This document shows positions 37,127 to 45,790 of a stretch of 51,301 nt of DNA, one piece after another. The stretch's first letter is position 1; every line of letters begins with the position of its first letter. Source of the stretch: an uncultured bacterium (lineage in GTDB: Bacteria > Fidelibacterota > Marinisomatia > Marinisomatales > AB-629-J13); the NCBI GenBank assembly GCA_964433085.1, contig CAYSQB010000004.1:1-51301 (forward strand), in the 5' to 3' direction. The position numbers and the translations under genes are program-made. A model generated the notes under the pieces. The model searched no databases and was not told where the DNA came from. It worked only from the letters and a program-made list of their open reading frames with translations.

Positions 37127-38098
37127 ATGGGAATTCTTGTTATACTCGAACAAAAAGAAAACTCGATCCATCGAATGAGCCTAGAAGCTGTAGCAGGTGC
37201 TCAGGATATGGCGGACAAACTGAATATGGAGGTCTCCGTTTTACTTATGGGGGCAGATGTATCCCCTCATGTAGAAAAAGCTCAAGAGTTGGAAATAAAA
37301 GAAGTGGTTATAGCTCAACATGAATTACTGAATGAATATTCCTGTGACGGATTTTCGGAAGCTGTGAGGCAGGTCATTGAAAAGGAATCTCCAGATTACG
37401 TTGTGATGGCACATACATATATGGTGAGAGATTTTCTACCGAGAGTTAGCGCTCTGACCGGAGCACCTTTCGTTCCAGATGTGGTTTCATTTCAGGCAAT
37501 AGATGGAGAGCCAGTTTTCACGAAACAAATGTTTAATTCAAAATTAGGTTCCGATATTATAGTAAACGGAAGTCAAGGGAGTCTTATCAGTTTCCAATCA
37601 GCCGCTTATCAGGCAGATTCTGTAAGAAAGGGAAATGCTGCTGTAAGAGATGTTGATATTTCGTTGGTTCCCGATCAAATTCGTTCTGACAGCGAAGCAC
37701 CGTTCCAGGAATCATCAGGGGGAGTTGACCTGACCAGTGCGGAAGTCATTGTATCTATAGGTCGTGGAATCGGTGAACAATCAAAAATGTCTATTGCAGA
37801 GGAATTAGCATCAGCGTTGGGTGCAGAGATAGCTGCATCAAGACCTGTAGTAGATTCCGGATGGTTGCCTTCATTCCGACAAATTGGTAGTTCAGGACAA
37901 AATGTATCACCAAAACTGTATTTTGCAATGGGAATTTCAGGGGCCATCCAACATGTTGTTGGGATGAAAGGTTCTCAAAACATTATTGCAATCAATAAGG
38001 ACCCAGAGGCACCTATTTTTGAGCTAGCCGATTATGCAGTGGTGGGTGACCTTCATGAAATCGTTCCCAGATTAGCCGAAGAAATTCGGTCGTCATAG
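37127..38098 (+). CDS. etfA: electron transfer flavoprotein alpha subunit
   Basis: C-terminal FAD-binding region ASRPVVDSGW...QIGSSGQNVSPKLYFAMGISGAIQHVVGM...IIAINKD. Confidence 0.9.
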   Translation: MGILVILEQKENSIHRMSLEAVAGAQDMADKLNMEVSVLLMGADVSPHVEKAQELEIKEVVIAQHELLNEYSCDGFSEAVRQVIEKESPDYVVMAHTYMVRDFLPRVSALTGAPFVPDVVSFQAIDGEPVFTKQMFNSKLGSDIIVNGSQGSLISFQSAAYQADSVRKGNAAVRDVDISLVPDQIRSDSEAPFQESSGGVDLTSAEVIVSIGRGIGEQSKMSIAEELASALGAEIAASRPVVDSGWLPSFRQIGSSGQNVSPKLYFAMGISGAIQHVVGMKGSQNIIAINKDPEAPIFELADYAVVGDLHEIVPRLAEEIRSS

Positions 38099-38103
38099 AA
38101 ATT

Positions 38104-39744
38104 ATGGCAGAGCGGGAAATTCTGGATGTTGATGTTCTTTTTGTGGGGGCTGGACCTGCTAGTCTAGCTGGGGCGATCCACTTAAAAAGGCTCCTGCGTG
38201 AGTCCGGTCAGAAGGCCAGTGTGGCTGTTCTGGAAAAAGCTTCCGAGGTCGGTGCCCACTCCTTGTCCGGTGCCATTGTTGATCCCCGTGCTCTTAGAGA
38301 ACTATTTCCTGAAAATAGTGTTTCTGATTTTCCTTTTGAAGCAGAGGTCTCAGAAGAGCATCTTTATTATTTAACAGAAAATAGAAAAATTCCTTTTCCG
38401 TTCGTACCACCATCCATGAGCCACCATAATTGTTTTGTTACCTCCTTGGGGAAACTTACACGCTGGTTGGGTGGAATCTGCGAAAATGAAGGGGTGGATA
38501 TATTTTGTGGTTTTTCCGGTACAGAAATTCTGTATGATGGGAATCAGGTCACTGGTGTGCGCACTGGTGATCGAGGAATTAATAAAAGTGGGGAGAAAAA
38601 ACCTCAATATGAACCGGGGGCGGATATTAATTCTAAGATTATTATTTTAGGTGAAGGTACCAGAGGAAACTTGACGAAAACTCTCATCAACCGGCATGAA
38701 CTGATGTCAGAGAAGAACCCACAGGTTTGGGCTGTTGGTGTAAAAGAACTTTGGAAGATGCCGTCAGGAACTGTCTCACCTGGATATGTAGCACACACCA
38801 TGGGCTACCCCTTAGGTCACAATATTTTCGGCGGGGCTTTCCTGTATGGAATGCAGAATGATATCTGGGACTTGGGCATGGTGGTGGGCCTAGATTACAA
38901 GAACCCTGAAGTAGATTCTCATCATGAGCTCCAGCGAATGAAAAATCATCCTTGGATCCGTTCCCTACTTTCAGATGGCGAAATGATAGCCTATGGTGCT
39001 AAATCATTACCAGAAGGTGGGTGGTTTTCTATTCCAAAGTTGTCAGTAGGTGGTGCAATGCTTATCGGTGATTCTGCTGGATTTTTAAACGGTCAGAGAT
39101 TGAAAGGTGTTCACTTGGCCATGAAATCAGGGATGTTGGCGGCGGAGACAACTGCCGAGGCACTATCGATAGGAAACTTTACTGAGACACAGCTGGCAAG
39201 CTATAGAACACGGGTAGAATCCAGTTGGATTAAGGATGAATTGTGGAGGGTAAGAAATTTTCATCAGGGTTTTGACAAGGGTCTATTGGGAGGGTTGATA
39301 AATTCGGGAATAGGACTTGTAACAGGTGGTCGCGGCTGGGGGGTTAAAAACCGTTTGTTTAGCGAGGATGGACATACAAAAATGATAAAAGGGATAAAAA
39401 AAGATCGTTACAAAGACCTGCAATTTGATCGCACATATTTATTTGATAAAGTAACGGATGTTTATTATTCTGCTACCGCTCATGAAGAAGATCAGGTACC
39501 CCATTTACATATCAAGGACCGGGATATATGTACTACCAAATGTTCTGAAGAGTATGGAAATCCATGCGTGCAATTCTGTCCAGCAGATGTTTATGAAATG
39601 GTACCGAACAGTGATGGTCAGAGGCTTCAGATAAATTTTTCAAACTGTGTACATTGTAAAACTTGTGATATCATGGACCCCTATCAAATTATTGATTGGG
39701 TTCCACCAGAGGGCGGTGATGGTCCTGTTTGGGTTAATTTATAG
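38104..39744 (+). CDS. electron-transfer-flavoprotein:quinone oxidoreductase (ETF-QO)
   Basis: DVLFVGAGPASLAGA FAD fold, about 546 aa. C-terminal 4Fe-4S region CVQFCPADVYE...CVHCKTCDI. Confidence 0.9.
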   Translation: MAEREILDVDVLFVGAGPASLAGAIHLKRLLRESGQKASVAVLEKASEVGAHSLSGAIVDPRALRELFPENSVSDFPFEAEVSEEHLYYLTENRKIPFPFVPPSMSHHNCFVTSLGKLTRWLGGICENEGVDIFCGFSGTEILYDGNQVTGVRTGDRGINKSGEKKPQYEPGADINSKIIILGEGTRGNLTKTLINRHELMSEKNPQVWAVGVKELWKMPSGTVSPGYVAHTMGYPLGHNIFGGAFLYGMQNDIWDLGMVVGLDYKNPEVDSHHELQRMKNHPWIRSLLSDGEMIAYGAKSLPEGGWFSIPKLSVGGAMLIGDSAGFLNGQRLKGVHLAMKSGMLAAETTAEALSIGNFTETQLASYRTRVESSWIKDELWRVRNFHQGFDKGLLGGLINSGIGLVTGGRGWGVKNRLFSEDGHTKMIKGIKKDRYKDLQFDRTYLFDKVTDVYYSATAHEEDQVPHLHIKDRDICTTKCSEEYGNPCVQFCPADVYEMVPNSDGQRLQINFSNCVHCKTCDIMDPYQIIDWVPPEGGDGPVWVNL

Positions 39745-39789
39745 AGAAGTTACTAAAGTAGAATCCCACGCTTCATAGGTTTCAATTCA

Positions 39790-41556
39790 ATGTTCAATCA
39801 TTTCTCTTTACCATTTGAAAAAGATAGTGCGTTTGACCACACACCTGAATCAATTGATAGGTTATCAGAATACGAAAAGTACCAACTATCTTTTCACCCC
39901 GAACGCCCCAAGTTTTTAGATTTTCTTTCACTCTTTGAAGATGTTGAGCCTTGTCTCAAATCGGATGATCATGGCTCATATCTGATCCAATCTTTTCGAG
40001 CTGATCTAAAAACTAAAACACAAACTATCCCGGTGATGTTGGTGGGCCAGCAAACCGGTCCCACTTCAAATTATAAAGAAATGGTTGAACTAATGAAAAA
40101 CTCCGAAGAAGTTCAACGATGGAATCATGGGATGCCAACCCCAAAATCTTACGAAAGGGCATTCCGGGCAGTAAAATTAGGGAACAAGGAAAATAGAATG
40201 ATTCTGGTATTTGTTGATACTCCCGGAGCTGACCCCACAGAGGAATCAGAAGCGGGAGGGATTGCATGGAGGATTGGAAATACAATTCAGGCTCTGGCAG
40301 AATCTACTACACCCACGATTGCTGTTATTTTAAATCGAGGTTGTAGCGGTGGCGCAATTGCACTCACAGGATGTGATGCGGTACTAGCACTGGAGAATTC
40401 CACCTATCTGGTTATCACACCGGAAGCCTGTTCTTCCATTTTGTTTCATACCCGCCACAGAGCGAATGAAGCGGCAGAGGCCTCACAGATAACCTCAAAA
40501 GAAGGATTGATTCATGGGATCGTTGATGAATTGATTCCAGAGCCAAAAGGCCCTGCACATAGATTTCCGGATGATACGGTACAATCAACCTATCATATTA
40601 TTTCTAAATGGGCAGATACACTCTCAACCTTTTCAAAGAGTACTATATTTAAATCTAGGATTAACAGATGGGAAAAAATAGGTCACTGGGCTATAGCAAC
40701 TGAGGAAGAAATTAATTTAGTTCAGAATAAATATAATCATCTTCCACATGCAAATTCTGAAGGGTTTATTTCTCGTCACAAAGATTGTTATGACACAAGT
40801 GGGATGAGAAAATATGATCCCGTACATTTCACCAGTTTAGAAAAAAATAATTATCTCTGCAAAACATGTGGTTACCGATATGCACGTCCTTCGCTCTGGG
40901 ACTATATGGAAATGATTTTGGATGAAGATTCATTTTCAGAACATGAAGCTACGCGCTATATTATTGATAAGGACATTTTAGGATTTCCTGGATATAAAGA
41001 AAAGCTAAAGGATATCCGTAATAAAACAGGTCTCGCTTCTGCAATGGTGACCGGAAGCGGAGCAATCATGAACATGCCTGTTGTTTATTGTGGCACTGAA
41101 TTTGGGTTTTTAGGTGGCTCCTATTGTATGAGCTCTGGAGAAAAGATTTGGCAGGCAGCCAAAATTTCTTTAAAAGAAAACCGTCCAATGATTATCCAGA
41201 CATGTGGAGGTGGTGCCAGAATGCATGAAGGTTGTTCTTCAATGGTATCCATTCCAAAGGCTCACCTTGCGTTGACTCAAGTTGAGAGCGCAGGAATTCC
41301 TGTGGTCACGATCATTACCGATCCGACCTTGGGAGGCGTTGCTATTGGCATTGGTTCTCGGGGGAATAGGATATTTGAAGCGAGCGCGGGTAACATTGGT
41401 TTCTCAGGCAGGAGAGTTATAGAACAATATGTTGGGCACTCTCTTCCCGCAGATTTCCAGACCACTCCCTGGCTTAGAAAAAACGGTCATGTGGAAAGAT
41501 CTGCACCAATAGCAGAAATTCGAGAAGAAATAGTTAAAATTTTAAACAGAAAATAA
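39790..41556 (+). CDS. acetyl-CoA carboxylase carboxyltransferase, single-chain AccA(N)-AccD(C) fusion
   Basis: N-terminal half: HPERPKFLDF, FVDTPGADP, GCSGGAIALTGCD, LVITPEACSSILF, IPEPKGPAH (AccA). C-terminal half: CKTCGYRYARPS, GTEFGFLGGSYCMSSGEK, CGGGARMHEG, DPTLGGV, GFSGRRVIEQ (AccD). Confidence 0.8.
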   Translation: MFNHFSLPFEKDSAFDHTPESIDRLSEYEKYQLSFHPERPKFLDFLSLFEDVEPCLKSDDHGSYLIQSFRADLKTKTQTIPVMLVGQQTGPTSNYKEMVELMKNSEEVQRWNHGMPTPKSYERAFRAVKLGNKENRMILVFVDTPGADPTEESEAGGIAWRIGNTIQALAESTTPTIAVILNRGCSGGAIALTGCDAVLALENSTYLVITPEACSSILFHTRHRANEAAEASQITSKEGLIHGIVDELIPEPKGPAHRFPDDTVQSTYHIISKWADTLSTFSKSTIFKSRINRWEKIGHWAIATEEEINLVQNKYNHLPHANSEGFISRHKDCYDTSGMRKYDPVHFTSLEKNNYLCKTCGYRYARPSLWDYMEMILDEDSFSEHEATRYIIDKDILGFPGYKEKLKDIRNKTGLASAMVTGSGAIMNMPVVYCGTEFGFLGGSYCMSSGEKIWQAAKISLKENRPMIIQTCGGGARMHEGCSSMVSIPKAHLALTQVESAGIPVVTIITDPTLGGVAIGIGSRGNRIFEASAGNIGFSGRRVIEQYVGHSLPADFQTTPWLRKNGHVERSAPIAEIREEIVKILNRK

Positions 41557-41988
41557 TTGTTTACTCCTATTTTTAAATGTTTTGAACTCCAGTGCATTTC
41601 CGCTTGGATCTTTGAAAAAAAGGGTCCCCTGTTCCCCTGTTTCTCCCTTGAAACGAATTGTGGGTCCAATAATAAATTCAACATTTTTTTTCTGAAGAGT
41701 TTTAGCAAGTATTTTCCAGTTATCCATTTCAAGAACTACACCAAAATGAGGCACCGGTACCTCTTGCCCATCCACAGGATTGGTGTGAGATATGACGATA
41801 TCATTTTCTCCAATTGCCTTATTTAAATGACACACTAACTGGTGTCCATACAGATTGAAATCCACCCATTTTTTATCACTTCTGCCCTCAGGACATTCCA
41901 AAACTGATCCATAAAAGGCTCTGGCTTCATCAATATCCCGTACCTGTATGGCTAAATGAAATGGACTTAGTTCAGGTGACTGATTCAT
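41542..41988 (-). CDS. VOC (glyoxalase/bleomycin-resistance/dioxygenase) family protein
   Basis: FHLAIQVRDIDEARAFYGSVL...HFGVVL...FKDPSGNALEFK. Start set at MNQSPEL (41988), an ATGA overlap with the SDR stop. Confidence 0.7.
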   Translation of the reverse strand: MNQSPELSPFHLAIQVRDIDEARAFYGSVLECPEGRSDKKWVDFNLYGHQLVCHLNKAIGENDIVISHTNPVDGQEVPVPHFGVVLEMDNWKILAKTLQKKNVEFIIGPTIRFKGETGEQGTLFFKDPSGNALEFKTFKNRSKQLFSV

Positions 41989-42734
41989 TTTGAAAATTGA
42001 GTAACCAACCATCTTGGAATTACTTTTACTAACGGTACGATCAGTCTCCATTGCCAGGGCAAGATATATTCCCGATAACCCTTATTTATCGCACTCTCAA
42101 TTTTATTAGCTGCCGTATCGGAGTCCATAAGAAACCACATCTTATAACCGATATTTTCTGTCATTTCCGTTGCGATCCATCCGGGGAAAATAGTTGTAAT
42201 AGATATATTATTTTTCTCTAGTTGGTATCCCCAACTGTCGGCTAAAAACTTTACAGCAGACTTGGAGGCCGCGTACCCTCCATGCCCAACAAACCCTCTG
42301 GCACTGGCAACGGAGCTAATGATTCCAACCCTTCCTGATTGTTGTTTTTTCATAACAGGAAGGAATGGAAAAATTGTATTTGTGACACCTAAAATATTTA
42401 CATTTAAAATATGATTTATAGCATCTGAGTCTCCAGAAAATAGTTTATCTGCTCCACCCACTCCTGCGTTGGCAATGACCGTGTCTATTCCATATGTTTT
42501 CTCCAGGAAATCATTTACTGCTTCCTTGCACCCAGATTTGCTGGAGACATCCACAGCATAAGAAATAGGATTTCCTCCCAACTCCACACAATTGTGGCTG
42601 ACCCTATTTAATCGGTCCGTTCGCCTCCCAGCGATACCAATGACAGCGCCCTGTTTTGCATATACATAGGCAAGAGATTCACCGATTCCGCTGGTTGCCC
42701 CGGTGATGAATATTTTTTTTGCTTTTTTATTCAT
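41985..42734 (-). CDS. short-chain dehydrogenase/reductase (SDR)
   Basis: TGATSGIGESLA Rossmann motif, NAGV, and catalytic YAASK. Confidence 0.85.
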   Translation of the reverse strand: MNKKAKKIFITGATSGIGESLAYVYAKQGAVIGIAGRRTDRLNRVSHNCVELGGNPISYAVDVSSKSGCKEAVNDFLEKTYGIDTVIANAGVGGADKLFSGDSDAINHILNVNILGVTNTIFPFLPVMKKQQSGRVGIISSVASARGFVGHGGYAASKSAVKFLADSWGYQLEKNNISITTIFPGWIATEMTENIGYKMWFLMDSDTAANKIESAINKGYREYILPWQWRLIVPLVKVIPRWLVTQFSK

Positions 42735-44550
42735 CTAGTTTTTTAATTAAATGATTCCATAAATAAATAAATCCAATAATGGATAAGCTAAGTAGAAAAA
42801 GGCATTCCAAGATATTACCAAATAGCCAATGTCCTATGGCAAAGGTTAATCCGTGAATACAGAAAATACCTGCAACCCAATTGAGAAAAAATCCTTTCAA
42901 AACCGGTGTAAATGCAGATTGAACTCTTGAGGAAACTGGACTCCACCATCCACCCGGGTGCACTCTTTTATAAAAACTCAGGAGAGTTTTTTCTGGCTCA
43001 GGTTTTGTTAATAGTGTAGTGGCAATCCACACAACAATGGCTGAAGGAACAATGATCAACAGTTTATGATGTATCTGAAGTGATAGCCCCCACAAAACCG
43101 GTGCCTGGTTGAACAGGAAATATTCTTGGCCTGAAGCGATAGTCTGCTGCCGGGCAATGAGCTCAAAAATAATTGTAATTACAATGGATGTCAGCAGCGC
43201 TGAGATCTCTGTCCAGGCATTGATGCGCCACCAGAACCATCTAAGGATTAGTACCAATCCGATTCCTGCACCCATCGCAAAAATAAACTCCCATGCCTTG
43301 GAAATACTCTGCATATTTACCGCAACAATTGCAGAACACACCATGAGAGCTACCGTGATAATTCTGCCAACATTTACAAGATGTTTGTCAGATGCATCCT
43401 TCTTGATAAAACGGGCGTAGACATCATTGATCAAATAAGAGGAACCCCAATTTAAATGAGTGTCAATTGTGGACATAAATGCAGCTAAAAAGGAGACAAT
43501 TAAAAGTCCCTTTAAACCTGGTCCTAGGAACTTATCCATGATAAGTGGATATCCTGCTTTTTCCCCCAGCTCCATATATTCCGGGGGAATATTCGGAAAA
43601 ACTACAATGGAGACCAAAGCTACAGCGATCCATGGCCAGACCCTTAAAGCATAGTGAGCAAAATTATACCAGAGCGTGGCAACCATGGCATGCTTTTCAT
43701 TTTTTGCAGAGGACATCCTCTGAATGATATATCCGCCCCCATCTGTCCCATGGTGAGACCACCACATTACCGTTATGAAGATGATAAACTTGGAAAATGG
43801 CGATTCCCAAAATGCTTTGGAAAAAAAATCTGCATCAGGAGCGGGCGGGATAAACTTTAGGGTGTGTTCGTAGTCCGGACTGGTCCGGGTCAAATCTTTG
43901 AGTTGTGCTATAAGTGAATCCATGCCACCAACATTGTCAACAGCGATAACAGCAAGAATTATGGAACCTGCCATGGCAATGAAAAATTGTACAAAGTCTG
44001 TGACTACCACTCCCCAGAATCCGGACAATAGTGCATAGATTAAGGCAATAGCAACACAAATCCAAACAGCTGTCCAGCGATCTATATTTAGCATAACCGC
44101 TGCGATTGAAGCCATGGCATTTATGACCCAGCCCATGACAATAAAATTGTACAAAATAGCAAAATATCCTGCCTTAAAAAAACGGAGGATGGCTGCCGGT
44201 TTACCAGAATATCGAATCTCCAGAAGTTCATTGTCCGTGAGGACCTTTGCCCTTCTCCAGAGACGTGAAAACAGTAGGGCACCCAATAATCCTGACAAAA
44301 GCAAATTCCACCAGAACCAGTTTTGCCAAATCCCGGGGCCCCTTACAAACTCTGTTATCGCCAGTGGGGTGTCGGCAGCAAATGTTGTGGCAACCATAGA
44401 TGTTCCGACGATCCACCAAGGCAAAGATCTCCCGCTTAGAAAATATTCTTCGGGGCCTTTACCTGCACGCCGGGCAAAATAAATTCCTGTTCCAAGTGAA
44501 AAAATCACATAGAGCAGGATGATGGCCCAGTCAATTAATGTAATGGACAT
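42727..44550 (-). CDS. sodium:solute symporter (SSS) family permease
   Basis: YFLSGRSLPWWIVGTSMVATTFAADTPL N-terminal SSS signature, about 13-14 TM segments. Confidence 0.85.
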   Translation of the reverse strand: MSITLIDWAIILLYVIFSLGTGIYFARRAGKGPEEYFLSGRSLPWWIVGTSMVATTFAADTPLAITEFVRGPGIWQNWFWWNLLLSGLLGALLFSRLWRRAKVLTDNELLEIRYSGKPAAILRFFKAGYFAILYNFIVMGWVINAMASIAAVMLNIDRWTAVWICVAIALIYALLSGFWGVVVTDFVQFFIAMAGSIILAVIAVDNVGGMDSLIAQLKDLTRTSPDYEHTLKFIPPAPDADFFSKAFWESPFSKFIIFITVMWWSHHGTDGGGYIIQRMSSAKNEKHAMVATLWYNFAHYALRVWPWIAVALVSIVVFPNIPPEYMELGEKAGYPLIMDKFLGPGLKGLLIVSFLAAFMSTIDTHLNWGSSYLINDVYARFIKKDASDKHLVNVGRIITVALMVCSAIVAVNMQSISKAWEFIFAMGAGIGLVLILRWFWWRINAWTEISALLTSIVITIIFELIARQQTIASGQEYFLFNQAPVLWGLSLQIHHKLLIIVPSAIVVWIATTLLTKPEPEKTLLSFYKRVHPGGWWSPVSSRVQSAFTPVLKGFFLNWVAGIFCIHGLTFAIGHWLFGNILECLFLLSLSIIGFIYLWNHLIKKLDE

Positions 44551-44557
44551 GTTCGAA

Positions 44558-45790
44558 TCAGTACAGTTTTTTCAAAGTGGAATACTGAAAATAATGAATT
44601 AAAATCTCATTAGAAGAATATCCATTTAGTGCCATGGCCAGCGCGCCGATCTGACACAGTCCTACACCATGTCCCCAGCCACCACCAATAAATTGAATAT
44701 GATCTTTATTCAATTTGTAAATAAAAGCAGAGCTAAATAAAAAGGATGGGTGGAGAGTCTTTCGTATATCATATTCGGAATCTAATTGAAGTGATTTTAC
44801 CGAACCGGCTTCAGTTTGATATTCTAAATTTAAATTAATTATTCGACCTGATTCTCCACGATTTAGAATGTTAATATTTTTTATATATGATACTTTTTCA
44901 TTTATTTTAATAGAAAAAAAGGAACAAAATTCGTTTTGAGTGAAACGGGCCTCCCAACGAAAATATTTTTTGTTTTCATCTACATTTCCTAAAAATTTTG
45001 AAAGATTGTTTTCACTCAAAAATTGAGGACTACAAAATGTATTTGGGCAGTGAGTAAACCAGTTTTCCCAATCAACTTTTGTATATTTAGCTGGTCCATC
45101 AAAAACGTTTTTTAGATAAGGTCTCGGTTCCATGTTCCATACATTTTCGCAATTTTCCGTTAGTCCTCCGCAAGATTTTGAGTAACGAGCATCACAGATT
45201 TCACTGTTGTGGGTTATCACCACTCCCCGTGAATTTTCAACAGTTTTTTTGGAAACTGGGTTCAATTGGCTTAGCCCTTGATACCGTTGACAGCAATCAT
45301 CGTTGCAAGCATCTATTCCCAGCTCCGCATGTTTTTTTTCAGCTGCAGCCAATATCCACGATCGGGCAGTTATGGACTGTGCCTCCAGAAATTCAGGTGG
45401 ACATGCGCCGCTCATTTCAGAGACAGCTACACAGGAAAGATATTGTTCCAGAGGAACACTATTAATAACCATCAAGTGACCATTTTTGGATGTTATTTTT
45501 ATGTTACCCGGAAAACTTACATCAATATTTTTCCCCCAATGAAAACCACGACCCGCTGGCACATTGTGAATGGTTATCCCTTCCACAATCTCACCCCCCC
45601 CCATATTTTCAATTATTTCAATCTCACCATCTTTCAGGGATACGACTAGATGGGGGGGGGCTTTTGATAAATTGGAGTGGTGTGATTTTATTGTATAATT
45701 ATTTTGTTTTGGAAAAGATATTTCAATGTCTGTACGTCTATCCTCAGGAAGAATAATTCCGATATTTAGTGTAGGTTCTTTACTAAGCAT
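44558..45790 (-). CDS. SpoIID/LytB-domain protein (lytic transglycosylase-like) without signal peptide
   Basis: VAVSEMSG..PPEFLEAQSITARSW, CNDDCCQRYQG, YSKSCGG.TEN and GWGHGVGLCQIGA are SpoIID-domain motifs. The hydrophilic N-terminus MLSKEPTLNIGIILPEDRR has no TM or signal. Confidence 0.8.
   Translation of the reverse strand: MLSKEPTLNIGIILPEDRRTDIEISFPKQNNYTIKSHHSNLSKAPPHLVVSLKDGEIEIIENMGGGEIVEGITIHNVPAGRGFHWGKNIDVSFPGNIKITSKNGHLMVINSVPLEQYLSCVAVSEMSGACPPEFLEAQSITARSWILAAAEKKHAELGIDACNDDCCQRYQGLSQLNPVSKKTVENSRGVVITHNSEICDARYSKSCGGLTENCENVWNMEPRPYLKNVFDGPAKYTKVDWENWFTHCPNTFCSPQFLSENNLSKFLGNVDENKKYFRWEARFTQNEFCSFFSIKINEKVSYIKNINILNRGESGRIINLNLEYQTEAGSVKSLQLDSEYDIRKTLHPSFLFSSAFIYKLNKDHIQFIGGGWGHGVGLCQIGALAMALNGYSSNEILIHYFQYSTLKKLY
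45594..45660. repeat. paired homopolymeric tracts C9 (45594-45602) and G9 (45652-45660), mutually complementary, inside the SpoIID-like CDS
   Basis: Read directly from the plus strand: ...tcaCCCCCCCCCatatt...(49 nt)...agatGGGGGGGGGctttt. They encode A-P-P-H (codons 44-47) and M-G-G-G (codons 63-66) on the minus strand. Confidence 0.9.

Noticed and set aside
41542-41556. 15-nt convergent overlap of the AccA-AccD and VOC coding ends, and 4-nt convergent overlap of DUF3467/PAP2 at 28048-28051
   Set aside because: Short convergent 3' overlaps are common in compact genomes, and there is no evidence of a functional antisense arrangement.
43109-45756. ORFs of 60-123 aa inside the SSS permease and SpoIID-like genes, mostly antisense on the plus strand (one, 44228-44419, on the minus strand out of frame), including 45278-45649 and 45490-45756 that span the homopolymer tracts
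   Set aside because: They have no motifs and overlap strongly supported minus-strand CDSs. They are noted only because the tracts could in principle alter them.
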